56,879 nt of DNA, taken from the IMG/VR virus record IMGVR_UViG_3300021138_000005; one strand, 5' to 3'. This document shows positions 39,363 through 50,255 of this stretch, in pieces. A program made the translations under genes and the position numbers. Under the pieces are notes generated by a model that ran no database searches, was not told the origin of the DNA, and worked only from the letters and a program-made list of their open reading frames with translations. Positions within the stretch are counted from its first letter, which is position 1, and the number at the start of each line of letters is the position of its first letter. The DNA comes from an uncultured virus (IMG/VR IMGVR_UViG_3300021138_000005). Lineage: Duplodnaviria > Heunggongvirae > Uroviricota > Caudoviricetes.

Positions 39363-41868
39363 TTACACGACCACGGCTAACTCGATCTTCATAACGGCTG
39401 CTGATGCACGGCAGAATCCCATACGCGAACGCATCGTGTTTGACGAAGGTACTGCTATAAGCGCAGCGATATTGGAATCAGTGCGCACCGGATTCTATAA
39501 CGCATTAATAAACAATGGCACGACAATGACACAAAATTATGGCGTCAACGAGCCTGTTTATAACATCGATGACATGACTAGCACATTCGAAGTGCCCAAT
39601 CATCCATATAATACAGGCGATGCTGTGTTTGTTAACAGTACGGGCGAGTTGCCGAGTCCATTGGCGATGAACACGTTGTACTATGTAATATTCGTAGACC
39701 AAAATAACATAAGATTAGCAGCAAGCAAGCAAGCTGCTCTAGCCAAGCGTCCGATAAACATATCGTTGAGCAGCGGGGTGACCAGCATAACACTTACTGA
39801 TCAGGGTAACGGATACACAGCTACTCCTACGGTTACCATTAGTGGCGGAAATGCCACGGTTAATGCTACTGCACAAGCATATCTGGCACCATATGGCAGC
39901 ATCAGTTATATTGTAGTTGGATCAAACGGTAATGGATATCATTATCCACCATCGGTGGAGATAGTCGCACAGGGTAGCGGCGCTACTGCAGGTGCTGCTA
40001 CATTTACTACTGTGCTAGCATTGGTAAATCAGAATGGCATCAATTATGCAGTAGGCGATGTACTAAGCGTAATTGGTGGTACCAGCACAACCACAACAAA
40101 AGCTACGGTTACAAGCATATTTGGCAGCGGCTCAGTAGAAACTGTTGCGTTAACAACGCCTGGATCATATAGCGTTCTACCATCACTGAGCAATGTAGTA
40201 ACCAGCGTAAGTCCAGGTGGCGGGTCTGGTTGTACTTTGGATCTAACCATGGGCATAGGTTCTATATCTGTTGCTACTCCTGGTTTGCAATATACAGCTC
40301 CGCCGTTGGTTACTATAGCAGGTGGCGGCGGCGTTGGTGCATCAGCATACACTACATTATCTGCTGGTATTGTAAACAGCATTAACATGTCGTTTCCGGG
40401 CTCGGGTTATGTAAGCCAACCTGCTATTACCATAACTAGCGGCACAGGTGCTACTGCCACTCCGTATCTGCAACCAACAGGAGTTGGCAATATCATCCTA
40501 ACATACAATGGCGGAGCTACTTACACATCAAACCCGAGCATCAATATTGTTGCAGCAGGGTCAGGCGCAACGGTTAGCACAGTGTACATGCAGATCACTA
40601 TTGCAACTATGGCCATTGGTGGTGCAGGCAGTCAATATGTTGTGGGCGATACACTGATTGTATCGGGCGGAGAGGGATCTGCTAGTGCTACAATCATTGT
40701 AAATGTTGTTGATTCTGCAGGATCCATTGTAAATTATACCTTGGCTACGAGTGGATTATACAGTATATTACCAGCAATGCAAGGGAATGCAACATACGGT
40801 GGTACAGGTCAAGCAGCTAGCTTTAATCTAACTGCAGGTTTGAACAGTGTGTTGCTGTCAAACGTTGGAACTGGTTACACGGCACCACCTACAGTGCTTA
40901 TAACCCCGTCAGATGGTAATGGTACAGGCGCAAGCGCATATACCTTGCTTAGTGGATCAAGTGTTGGAAACGTAGTAGTTACTGCACCCGGTGTGGGATA
41001 TATTGCAGCACCCACAGTAACTATCACAAGTGGCAGCGGTGCCACAGCAACTGCGAATCTTACAGCAACATCAGTACAAGTTGTAAACGTAAGCAACACT
41101 GGTAGTGGATATACGTTTGCTCAGGTAAATTTTGATAGTCAGTACGGTGTTAATGCAACTGCCACTGCTATTCTCAGTGGCGGGCATGTAGCAAGCATTG
41201 TTGTGAATGATGGCGGATCTGGTTACACTCAACCGCCAATAGTCACGATAACAGGAGATGGATTTGGAGCAACAGCTGTTGCGCAATTGACACCGACTAC
41301 GATCAGTAGCGTGCAAATAACTCAAAATGGTGCAAATTACACTAGCATACCGTTTGTGACGATTGCAGGTGCAGCAACTGCCAATGTCAGCCTTTACAGC
41401 ACAGGTGTACAACAAATAGTAGTGACCAACGGCGGGCAATATTATCCTAGTCCGCCTCAGGTAAATGTAGTAGCAAGTGCAGGTGAGTCAGTACAACCTA
41501 CTCAACCCAGCACTACTACTGTAATAGGATATAGCTTGGCTACTATTAGCATAGTTGATCAAGGTCAAGGCTATGATAGTGCACCTGCTATATCAATCAG
41601 CGCACCTCAAAATCTAAACAGCAATGCAGCCACAGCAACGGCTACGATTGGGTATGGATCGGGTACTATGAGCATATTACCTTATCCATCTAGTTATGAC
41701 TATTTCCAGGTATGGCAGGGTGGCAATGCTCTGGATCCTAACCAAACACGGCCATATGCTGATCAGATGGGTACCATAATCAATTACTTTCAGAATCTTG
41801 GTTATACCATAACACAGCAGACCAATCCAACTACCAACAATACTTTCCAGTGGAACGTGAAGTGGTAA
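39352..41868 (+). CDS. virion structural (fibre/baseplate-like) protein with many GxGY..P.V.I..G.GA.A repeats
   Basis: More than ten Gly/Thr-rich repeat units between distinct N- and C-terminal segments. Confidence 0.75.
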   Translation: MPTNYTTTANSIFITAADARQNPIRERIVFDEGTAISAAILESVRTGFYNALINNGTTMTQNYGVNEPVYNIDDMTSTFEVPNHPYNTGDAVFVNSTGELPSPLAMNTLYYVIFVDQNNIRLAASKQAALAKRPINISLSSGVTSITLTDQGNGYTATPTVTISGGNATVNATAQAYLAPYGSISYIVVGSNGNGYHYPPSVEIVAQGSGATAGAATFTTVLALVNQNGINYAVGDVLSVIGGTSTTTTKATVTSIFGSGSVETVALTTPGSYSVLPSLSNVVTSVSPGGGSGCTLDLTMGIGSISVATPGLQYTAPPLVTIAGGGGVGASAYTTLSAGIVNSINMSFPGSGYVSQPAITITSGTGATATPYLQPTGVGNIILTYNGGATYTSNPSINIVAAGSGATVSTVYMQITIATMAIGGAGSQYVVGDTLIVSGGEGSASATIIVNVVDSAGSIVNYTLATSGLYSILPAMQGNATYGGTGQAASFNLTAGLNSVLLSNVGTGYTAPPTVLITPSDGNGTGASAYTLLSGSSVGNVVVTAPGVGYIAAPTVTITSGSGATATANLTATSVQVVNVSNTGSGYTFAQVNFDSQYGVNATATAILSGGHVASIVVNDGGSGYTQPPIVTITGDGFGATAVAQLTPTTISSVQITQNGANYTSIPFVTIAGAATANVSLYSTGVQQIVVTNGGQYYPSPPQVNVVASAGESVQPTQPSTTTVIGYSLATISIVDQGQGYDSAPAISISAPQNLNSNAATATATIGYGSGTMSILPYPSSYDYFQVWQGGNALDPNQTRPYADQMGTIINYFQNLGYTITQQTNPTTNNTFQWNVKW

Positions 41869-41869
41869 C

Positions 41870-42121
41870 ATGCGCAGCACGTTACATGGTCCAGAAGCAT
41901 ACCTGTTAAAGAGCAAGAAACCTCACATACAGGCCTTGGTCGCCCGAGTGCAGGACATGACCGTAGACGAGATAGATGCTCTTCCTGAGAAACCAGACGT
42001 TAAGCTTGGACTCAAGAATATCAAGAAACAAGGTGATCAAGCTGCGTCGTATGCTCAAGCCGAACTGTTGGCAGACATGATGATTGCCAAATATCATCCT
42101 GAACTCGCTAGACATATCTAA
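41870..42121 (+). CDS. hypothetical protein
   Basis: Short ORF directly following 41868. Confidence 0.55.
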   Translation: MRSTLHGPEAYLLKSKKPHIQALVARVQDMTVDEIDALPEKPDVKLGLKNIKKQGDQAASYAQAELLADMMIAKYHPELARHI

Positions 42122-42145
42122 ACATCTAGCACATACTAGGACACA

Positions 42146-42679
42146 ATGATGATTTACACAGAAACAACTCCAAATCCTGATGCCATTAAGTTCATACCTA
42201 CTGTACCTGTAACTACCGGCGGTACCATAGATGTGAGATCGCATCAACATACCCATAACATACATCTGTTAAATGAGCTGTTTAACATACCTGAAATAAT
42301 TGGTGTATATCTGGGATCAGATTTTGTCACAATAACCAAAGACGCTGGAAGCTGGGATGATATCAGATCTGCGATAATTGGTATAATCGCTGAGAATCTC
42401 AGCGAACCGATCGATCTATCAACAAATTCAAACCAACCTAGTTCAACAAACAGCAACACAGTCAATCAGATCTTGGAACTATTAGATCAAAGGATAAGAC
42501 CAGCAGTTGCCAACGACGGCGGTGACATCGTATTCAAGGATTACACAGACGGTATAGTATATCTAGAGCTGCAGGGCAGCTGCAGCGGTTGCCCAAGCAG
42601 CACGGCTACATTACGCTATGGTGTAGAAAATCTTATCAAGCATTACATTCCTGAAGTACTAGAAGTGAGATCCATCTGA
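42146..42679 (+). CDS. nfuA: NifU/NfuA-type Fe-S scaffold/carrier
   Basis: TETTPNPDAIKF N-domain; IRPAVANDGGDI, GSCSGCPSSTATL C-domain. Confidence 0.92.
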   Translation: MMIYTETTPNPDAIKFIPTVPVTTGGTIDVRSHQHTHNIHLLNELFNIPEIIGVYLGSDFVTITKDAGSWDDIRSAIIGIIAENLSEPIDLSTNSNQPSSTNSNTVNQILELLDQRIRPAVANDGGDIVFKDYTDGIVYLELQGSCSGCPSSTATLRYGVENLIKHYIPEVLEVRSI

Positions 42680-42680
42680 C

Positions 42681-43364
42681 ATGGTCAAGTACAATCCCAT
42701 ATACACCTACAAGAAACTGGACAGGCAAGACGGTGGTGGGCAAGGCCGTGTGTATGTGGATGATGTGGGAAACAAGATCCCATCAGTTACAACTATTTTG
42801 TCTAAGACCAAAGACATGACACATCTCATAGCGTGGAAGAAGCGCATCGGTGAAGACAAAGCCAAGCAGATCACCGAAGAATCTGCAGGACTTGGCACTA
42901 CCATGCATGCCCATTTGGAGGCATATGTGCTGGGTGAGCAACGGCCTGGTGGAAACAACTATGGTCGGCTCATGGCAGAACGCATGGCTGATACAGTGAT
43001 CACAGAAGGTCTCAAGGATGTTGACGAAGTGTGGGGCGTAGAAAGCCATCTCTATTATGAAAATCTCTGGGCTGGTACCACTGATTTGGTCGGAACATGG
43101 CAGGGCAAACCTGCTATCATTGATTTCAAGACCACTATCAAACCCAAGAAGCGAGAATGGGTTGAGGACTATCGTTTACAGCTGGCAGCATATGCCATGG
43201 CCCACAACAACATACACGGTACTGATATCAAGACTACTGTGGTGTTGATGTGCAGCCGAGAATGTGAATTCCAGAAGTTTGTCTGGGAAGGCGCTGAATT
43301 CGAAGAAAGCACGCTGCTTTGGAGCCAGAAGGTGGCTGATTATTATGAACGTTTTGTGTTCTAA
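42681..43364 (+). CDS. PD-(D/E)xK exonuclease
   Basis: PSVTTIL, GT.MH, AGTTDL, IIDFKT, QLAAYA. Confidence 0.85.
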   Translation: MVKYNPIYTYKKLDRQDGGGQGRVYVDDVGNKIPSVTTILSKTKDMTHLIAWKKRIGEDKAKQITEESAGLGTTMHAHLEAYVLGEQRPGGNNYGRLMAERMADTVITEGLKDVDEVWGVESHLYYENLWAGTTDLVGTWQGKPAIIDFKTTIKPKKREWVEDYRLQLAAYAMAHNNIHGTDIKTTVVLMCSRECEFQKFVWEGAEFEESTLLWSQKVADYYERFVF

Positions 43365-43385
43365 TTTGCTACTAAGTAGATCATC

Positions 43386-44081
43386 ATGGAACATTTAGAA
43401 GAGATAACACAGTTTTTCGACAAATGGCGAGATCACAGATCTCAACAGGTTCGGCTAGAAGATATCAATGTTAATAGCGTTAGGAATAGCCTTGGCTATC
43501 TTACTATGCAATTTGATTTTGATATACCGCATGCAGAAATGTTACAAGAAGCTCGCAATCTCAAAGATTTCTTTGTATATCACAGGGCAGCTGGTAATCA
43601 CAAAGGCTGGCGAAGCCTGTGCATACACGGAATTAGCAGTGTACACACTGAGAACCATGACAGGTATGGATTTCCAACCAGAGAATTGGCTCCATATGAT
43701 TGGACCGATATCACTAAATTTTGTCCAATCACTACTAGATTTTTCAGAGATACATTTGGATATGAATGGTATGAACGAGTTAGATTCATGCTATTAGAAC
43801 CAGGTGGTTACATACTACCGCATGCTGATGTAGATTGGAAGCAGCTAGGGCCGGTTAACCTAGCGTTGAATAATCCAGATGGGTGCGAATTCATCATGGA
43901 AGATCATGGCATAATACCATTTACCAACGGAACCGCTAACATGTTGGCTATAGGTAATGTACATGCTGTGTACAACAACAGCCATGAAGATCGTTTCCAT
44001 ATTATAGTGCACGGTGCAAGAGGCTCTGCGTGGAATGACTATATCACGAATAGCTACAAGGCATCTATCAATGCTCAATGA
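43386..44081 (+). CDS. Asp/Asn beta-hydroxylase-like 2OG-Fe(II) oxygenase
   Basis: RVRFMLLEPGGYILPHAD, HAVYN, R.HIIVHG. Confidence 0.8.
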   Translation: MEHLEEITQFFDKWRDHRSQQVRLEDINVNSVRNSLGYLTMQFDFDIPHAEMLQEARNLKDFFVYHRAAGNHKGWRSLCIHGISSVHTENHDRYGFPTRELAPYDWTDITKFCPITTRFFRDTFGYEWYERVRFMLLEPGGYILPHADVDWKQLGPVNLALNNPDGCEFIMEDHGIIPFTNGTANMLAIGNVHAVYNNSHEDRFHIIVHGARGSAWNDYITNSYKASINAQ

Positions 44082-45531
44082 AAATGTTAATGTCTGTTAC
44101 GCTATCTTAGATACAACTAAACAAGAATCAAACAGCGAGGTTCGTGACTTATTATTAGAGGTAAATTTTGCGCTAGATAGCGTGATAACACCCATGGTAG
44201 GTACTAGCATATCGGAATTACTACACACAACTGCAGATAACACAGACCATACGCATCTAGTGATCTATGCAAGCGGGACATATCTCAAAAAAAGCTATGC
44301 TATAGCATCATATTGGCATGAACATTGCAAAGACGATTGGTTAGCCTCTGGGCATATCATGTGGAAGCCCAACGAGCAATATCCGTGGATGCATGAACAA
44401 ACGATAGCTATAAACATTAAGAATTGGATAGCATGCGGGCGTCCTGAATTGGGTGAGCATGAAACCGGATTCATGCAATTACCCATGTGTACTAGAAGCG
44501 ACGAAAACATACACGACGATTATACACCTTTGTGGTTACAGAGAACAGACTATGGAAATGTAGACACGCAAAAACGCAAACCGGGTTGGAATATTATTGC
44601 TAGCGCAATGCAAAATGATATGCGTATCGTAAACATTCCAATTGATATACGCAAAGAAAAAATTTATATCTATCCGCAGGATGATGGAAAAAACTTAGCA
44701 TCCGCTATTTCAAAACTGAGAGCTGATCCGCATCAACCACTTGAAATGTTTGCCAACGATACCCAACAGCGATTTGTTGAACAAATGCGATGGGTCTTAG
44801 ATTCAGATGAGAAGTCGGCTATTTTTCTATTCAATACAGGCGAAACCTCTGTAGATAGATATCTAACACCAGGAATAGTGCCTGATAACATCTGGACAAC
44901 CGCAAGCGGGTTCAAGAGCTTTGCTGAATGGCATTTTCGTAGAGCATCTCAGAATTGCAAGATACACACCTATGATAGAAATAATAAGTCTCTTGAAATT
45001 TGGCAGCATATACACCAAAATTGGAATGGTAGAGATTATTACAACTTTATCAAGGAATACGATCCTAACTGCGACGACGAAGAAACCTATTGTTGGGGAA
45101 ATATATTACCTACCGAAACGCCAAAGAACGGAAGCCTGCGGCAATTAAACGATTTGATTGCTTCCTTTGGAACAGAAGATGAATTTGCTAACGCATGGAA
45201 TTCATTCCGCAATCTAGAGCATCATTATCATCAATGTAACATAGTAGACGATCCGATGAGTCTTGCTGCACACATCGAACCTACTAAGGTAAATTTCTTA
45301 TGGTTAAACAATATCTTCTACTTTAGGCGAAACATCTTGCAGTACGGAATGAACAAGATGCGGCAGAGTCTTGTTACATTAGCAACGCATATAAATCAAG
45401 TAGCTCCGCAAAGCGTAATGCACGGCGAATGCACCTACATGTATTTTGGTGAACGTCCGTCTGTGATATTAGATCAGTTAGAGCTGTACCATGAACCAAG
45501 ATACCATTTGAACAAAAAGACTTATACCTAG
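44071..45531 (+). CDS. hypothetical protein (AT-rich accessory)
   Basis: Long ORF; start placed at ATG 44071 overlapping the upstream gene; HDDYTP.W motif. Confidence 0.6.
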   Translation: MLNENVNVCYAILDTTKQESNSEVRDLLLEVNFALDSVITPMVGTSISELLHTTADNTDHTHLVIYASGTYLKKSYAIASYWHEHCKDDWLASGHIMWKPNEQYPWMHEQTIAINIKNWIACGRPELGEHETGFMQLPMCTRSDENIHDDYTPLWLQRTDYGNVDTQKRKPGWNIIASAMQNDMRIVNIPIDIRKEKIYIYPQDDGKNLASAISKLRADPHQPLEMFANDTQQRFVEQMRWVLDSDEKSAIFLFNTGETSVDRYLTPGIVPDNIWTTASGFKSFAEWHFRRASQNCKIHTYDRNNKSLEIWQHIHQNWNGRDYYNFIKEYDPNCDDEETYCWGNILPTETPKNGSLRQLNDLIASFGTEDEFANAWNSFRNLEHHYHQCNIVDDPMSLAAHIEPTKVNFLWLNNIFYFRRNILQYGMNKMRQSLVTLATHINQVAPQSVMHGECTYMYFGERPSVILDQLELYHEPRYHLNKKTYT

Positions 45532-45571
45532 CTTGCGATAAATATCTCGCACAATCGGAGTTTGTCTCACA

Positions 45572-47119
45572 ATGGCCATAGTATCTATCAGCCGACTACA
45601 ACATCGTAGGGGTTTGCTTGCAGACTTGCCTGCTAACCTCAACGAAGCAGAACTTGGTTGGTGCCTCGATACGCGACAGCTGTTCATAGGCAACGGTAAT
45701 GCATATACTGGTAATAGCCAGATACTTACGCAGTGGAGTCCCAATGACGAGCTGATAACTCATACATATCAAGGATATACTGGAGTAACTGCAAATACTG
45801 CCATAGCCGGTAGCCCTACTGTGCGCACTCTAAATAGCATATTAAATGATTACCTTGATGTCAAAGATTATGGTGCTACCGGCAACGGTGTAACCGATGA
45901 TACAGTAGCGATACAAAATGCTATAGCAGACGAGTGGCATAGGATAGCTAATTCGCCGTACAGTGCGTTAATGAGCAGAAACCAAATATTCTTTCCAGCT
46001 GGCAACTATCTAATAAGCTCTACAATATTGGTGTATCCGTATATCTCTTTGATAGGCGAGGGAATTGATAAGACTCAGATCACGCTCAATACTGGTTCTA
46101 GTGGTCCGGTCTTCGCAACCGCAGACAGCCTGGGACAGTCTGGCACAAATATCGGTACCAATAACGCAATATTGCCAAAATATATCGTGATTGATGGTAT
46201 GACCGTGAATGGTAGCGCCGACGTGCTACAAGAAAATCCGGTCATAATGCTACAACGCTGTACTGATACAACTATCAACAATGCCAAGCTGATCAATTCA
46301 TGGACACCTGGCAGTGGCGCAGGCAATGGTAATAATGGTATAGATATCCAATCGCTTGGTGGTGCAGTACTCACCGGTAATATCAACATACTCAACACTA
46401 CTGTACTTTATGCAGCTAATGCAATACAAATAATAGATCCTGTGACCAAGGTAAACATTCAGAACAGCACGTTATATGGATCATATAACGGTGTATATCT
46501 GGCCTCTAACATCTATGGCAGTCCAAATTATATAACCTTGCGCGATAGTGTAATAGAGCAGATCGACCACAACGGTTTGTATGCAGATACAAACGGAGCA
46601 ATTAGCAGCATTGGTAATGATTATATCACAGTAGGCGGCGGTGTAAATCCTAGCATAGTTTTTACAGCTAATACCGTAGGATGCCAAAGCATAGCTGATA
46701 ATTTCACTGCTACATCGCGAGATCTTAGGATATCAAACGGTAGCCCGGGTAAAAATGTAATATTTGACCCGGCGCAAACTGAGGTGGTAAACAATACTCC
46801 TACTCCTCATCTTACTCAGCTACTACCAAATCAATCTAACACGCCTACTAATATCAGTTGGAATACAACGGGTGCAACTACGTTTAGTGCATTTATAGAT
46901 TATTCTGTACATCTGGGAACATATGCCAAATCCGGCAGGATAACAATGATATCAGATGGCACAGCAGCCAATTTGATTGATTCGGCTGTTGACCTCAACA
47001 ATACAGCTAGTGTAGTGTTCTCTGTTAGCATTGTTAGCGGTGTAGTTACAGTTAATTACACCAGCACTGGTGTTATACCTGGAAGCATGCTGTGGATACA
47101 GACCTATTGGGCACTATGA
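45572..47119 (+). CDS. virion protein: tropism-determinant-like N-terminus plus pectate-lyase-like beta-helix
   Basis: RLQHRRG..ELGW..DT.QLFIGNG; VKDYGATGNGVTDDT.AIQ.A; FFPAGNY. Confidence 0.78.
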   Translation: MAIVSISRLQHRRGLLADLPANLNEAELGWCLDTRQLFIGNGNAYTGNSQILTQWSPNDELITHTYQGYTGVTANTAIAGSPTVRTLNSILNDYLDVKDYGATGNGVTDDTVAIQNAIADEWHRIANSPYSALMSRNQIFFPAGNYLISSTILVYPYISLIGEGIDKTQITLNTGSSGPVFATADSLGQSGTNIGTNNAILPKYIVIDGMTVNGSADVLQENPVIMLQRCTDTTINNAKLINSWTPGSGAGNGNNGIDIQSLGGAVLTGNINILNTTVLYAANAIQIIDPVTKVNIQNSTLYGSYNGVYLASNIYGSPNYITLRDSVIEQIDHNGLYADTNGAISSIGNDYITVGGGVNPSIVFTANTVGCQSIADNFTATSRDLRISNGSPGKNVIFDPAQTEVVNNTPTPHLTQLLPNQSNTPTNISWNTTGATTFSAFIDYSVHLGTYAKSGRITMISDGTAANLIDSAVDLNNTASVVFSVSIVSGVVTVNYTSTGVIPGSMLWIQTYWAL

Positions 47120-47140
47120 TTGGCATTTAACAGCCTACGC

Positions 47141-47641
47141 ATGATAGATAACCCATTCCTATTGCATCCACAACAGCTACAAAAGCATTGGAAAGATCTC
47201 CGCAAATCTATATCTGATAACAGTGCAGATTTAGCAAAATTGAATGCAGTTTCTGAGTTTTGGAATCGTGCTCCGATCAGCAGTCCGTATCTGGATTATC
47301 TAAACACCGCAACTTGGCCCGATGCGTGGTCTCTGGTTGATACTAAACTCTTGGATACAAATACATTGGCCCTTGGGATGTTCTATACATTGTTGTTAAG
47401 TGACGACAAGGTTTGGACAGCTAACCGATTGATGCTAGCAATGCTGCGTAACAAAAAAGAAAGCTGGGAACGGTTAGTATGTGTCGTCGACGGCCGTTGG
47501 TTGTTAAATTATGATCGCGATCAGATCATCGACGGATATGAGATCGCAGATATGTGCTTTATGCATATGTACAAATATAATTTGCATAAGCGCGGTTTCT
47601 ATGAAATTGACAGCTCGCAGCTGAAATTACATTACGCCTGA
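47141..47641 (+). CDS. hypothetical protein
   Basis: ORF following the virion gene; ATG start chosen. Confidence 0.6.
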   Translation: MIDNPFLLHPQQLQKHWKDLRKSISDNSADLAKLNAVSEFWNRAPISSPYLDYLNTATWPDAWSLVDTKLLDTNTLALGMFYTLLLSDDKVWTANRLMLAMLRNKKESWERLVCVVDGRWLLNYDRDQIIDGYEIADMCFMHMYKYNLHKRGFYEIDSSQLKLHYA

Positions 47642-47879
47642 TGTGCTGATATTAAACAAGGATTTCAAGCGAATATTCTGCGCCAACAAATAGTTAACAG
47701 GTTGGATGCTCGCGTTTAATTTTGTCAAAAATCTGCCAAATAATGGTAATTTTTCCAAGGATTTATAGGGTTTTTAGTGGTATCATAGGTTTGTCATAAA
47801 CCCACATTTGCGTTAAATATACCTGTTGCTGAAAGCAACTGTCCACCATACAATAGCAGGGAAAGATAGAGAGATGATC

Positions 47880-50195
47880 ATGGCCACTTCACCTAAGAAC
47901 GAGATACTGGTAACCAAACGTAACGGTAGCAAGGAGCCACTGAACATTGAAAAACTGCACAAAGTAGTGTTCTGGGCAACTGAGGGTATCCAAGGTGTTA
48001 GTGCTAGTGAAGTAGAGATCCGCAGCCAGATACAATTCTATAGTGGCATTAAAACCCAGGATCTACAGGAAACACTGATCAAGGCTGCGGCTGATCTGAT
48101 CAGCGAAGAAACACCTAACTATCAGTATGTTGCTGGACGCTTGGTTAACTACCATCTGCGCAAGGAAGTCTATGGCGATTATAAGCCGTGGCACATACTT
48201 GATCTCATAAAGAAGAACGTTGCCGACGGATTTTATGACGCACAACTGTTGGAAGAGTACACCGAAGGCGAATGGGACGCGATCAATCGCTTCATCGATC
48301 ATGAGCGCGATGCCAGCCTGACCTACGTGGCAATGGAGCAGATGCGCGGCAAGTATCTGGTGCAGAATCGCGTTACCGGTGAGATCAAGGAAACACCGCA
48401 GATGTCGTATGCGCTGATCGCAGCCACGCTGTTCATTCGCCATGATAAGCCCACGAGATTGAACGTTATACATGATTACTACGATGCTATCAGCAGGCAC
48501 GACATCAGCTTGCCAACACCAATCATGGCAGGCGTGCGCACCCCACAGCGCCAATTCTCGTCTTGCGTTTTGATCGAAACTGGCGACAGCTTGGACAGCA
48601 TCAATGCCACTGCCAGTGCAGTGGTCAAATACGTTAGCCAAAAGGCTGGTATCGGCATCGGTGCTGGGTCTATTCGTGCTATTGGTTCCCCAATCAGGAA
48701 CGGTGATGCCAGCCATACAGGCGTGGTACCGTTCTACAAGCTGTTCCAGGCGGCCACCCGTTCTTGCTCACAGGGTGGTGTACGCAATGGAGCAGCTACC
48801 CTTTACTATCCAATCTGGCATCTGGAAGTCGAAGAGATGCTGGTGCTCAAGAACAATCGCGGCACAGAAGACAACCGCGTGCGCCACATGGATTATGGTG
48901 TGCAGTTCAGCAAGCTGTTCTATGAACGCCTGATACAAGGCGGCGATATCACGCTGTTCTCTCCCAGCGATGTTCCTGGCTTGTATGATGCGTTCTTCGC
49001 AGATCAGGACAAGTTCAGGGTTCTATATGAGAACGCAGAACGCAACAAGAAGTTGCGCAAGAAGACAGTAAAGGCAATTGACTTATTCAGCAGCTTCATG
49101 CAGGAGCGCAAGGATACTGGCCGCATCTATCTACAGAACGTGGACAATGCTAACCAACATGGTGCGTTCATCGAAAGCATTGCTCCTATCAAGCAGAGCA
49201 ACCTCTGCGCTGAGATCGATCTGCCAACCAAGCCACTGAATGATTTCAATGATGAAGAAGGCGAGATCAGCCTCTGCACGCTGAGCGCCATCAACTGGGG
49301 CAATATACGTAGTCCAGCAGACTTTGAAAAGCCCTGCAAGCTAGCAGTGATGGCGCTGGACAATCTTCTTGATTACCAAAGCTATCCAGTCAAAGCAGCT
49401 TATCGTAGCACTATGAACCGCCGGCCTCTGGGCGTGGGTATCATCAACTTTGCCTACTGGTTAGCCAAGAATGGCGTGAGCTATAGCGATCCCGCAGCAC
49501 TGCCATTGGTTGACGAATACATGGAAGCTATGAGCTATTACTTGATCAAAGCTTCAGTTGATCTGGCACGCACAAAGGGTGCTTGCGGCAAGAGCGAGGA
49601 GACCAAGTATGGGCATGGTATCGTTCCTATTGACACACGCAAGCGTGATATTGACGAGTTGGTACCACATGTTGAACGCATGCCGTGGGCAGAACTGCGT
49701 GAGGATCTGCAGGTAGTTGGCATACGCAACAGCACGCTGATGGCAGTGATGCCTGCAGAAACCTCGGCTCAGATAGCCAATGCTACCAACGGCATCGAAC
49801 CACCGCGCAGCTTGATTAGCGTAAAGCAGAGCAAGCACGGTGTGCTCAAGCAGGTTGTTCCAGAGTTCCGCAGGCTCAAGAACAAGTACGAGCTGCTCTG
49901 GGATCAGAAGAGCCCAGAAGGTTATCTCAAGATATGCGCAGTGCTACAGAAGTACATTGACCAAGGCATATCGGTGAATACGTCTTACAATCCTCAGCAT
50001 TATCAAGATGATAAGATTCCGCTTAGCGAGATGCTGGGCCACTTGTTAATGTTCTACAAGTACGGTGGAAAGCAGCTTTATTATTTCCAGACCTACGATG
50101 GTCAGGGAGAGCTCAATGTGACCAAGCTGATCTCAGAGGATGTGAGTGCTTTACCACCGATCGACGAAGCTGACTGCGAGAGCTGCACCATCTAA
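47880..50195 (+). CDS. nrdA: ribonucleotide reductase class Ia alpha subunit with ATP cone
   Basis: VTKRNG ATP cone, FSSC, QSNLCAEI, LCTL, LYY, C-terminal CESC. Confidence 0.97.
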   Translation: MATSPKNEILVTKRNGSKEPLNIEKLHKVVFWATEGIQGVSASEVEIRSQIQFYSGIKTQDLQETLIKAAADLISEETPNYQYVAGRLVNYHLRKEVYGDYKPWHILDLIKKNVADGFYDAQLLEEYTEGEWDAINRFIDHERDASLTYVAMEQMRGKYLVQNRVTGEIKETPQMSYALIAATLFIRHDKPTRLNVIHDYYDAISRHDISLPTPIMAGVRTPQRQFSSCVLIETGDSLDSINATASAVVKYVSQKAGIGIGAGSIRAIGSPIRNGDASHTGVVPFYKLFQAATRSCSQGGVRNGAATLYYPIWHLEVEEMLVLKNNRGTEDNRVRHMDYGVQFSKLFYERLIQGGDITLFSPSDVPGLYDAFFADQDKFRVLYENAERNKKLRKKTVKAIDLFSSFMQERKDTGRIYLQNVDNANQHGAFIESIAPIKQSNLCAEIDLPTKPLNDFNDEEGEISLCTLSAINWGNIRSPADFEKPCKLAVMALDNLLDYQSYPVKAAYRSTMNRRPLGVGIINFAYWLAKNGVSYSDPAALPLVDEYMEAMSYYLIKASVDLARTKGACGKSEETKYGHGIVPIDTRKRDIDELVPHVERMPWAELREDLQVVGIRNSTLMAVMPAETSAQIANATNGIEPPRSLISVKQSKHGVLKQVVPEFRRLKNKYELLWDQKSPEGYLKICAVLQKYIDQGISVNTSYNPQHYQDDKIPLSEMLGHLLMFYKYGGKQLYYFQTYDGQGELNVTKLISEDVSALPPIDEADCESCTI

Positions 50196-50200
50196 GCAGG

Positions 50201-50229
50201 TTGGCAATCTAGCCAGCCTGCTCTATAAT
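50201..50229 (+). promoter_or_regulatory. sigma70-like promoter for nrdB, overlapping a hairpin
   Basis: TTGGCA-N17-TATAAT; gcaggttggc/gccagcctgc inverted repeat. Confidence 0.6.
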
Positions 50230-50255
50230 TAACACATACAGATGAGGAAACAATC

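Noticed and set aside
42681..43364. Cas4/CRISPR association of the PD-(D/E)xK nuclease
   Set aside because: It lacks the four-Cys Fe-S motif, and no repeat-spacer array is visible anywhere in the window
47642..47879. NrdR box or CtrA site upstream of nrdA
   Set aside because: No convincing match to either consensus by eye
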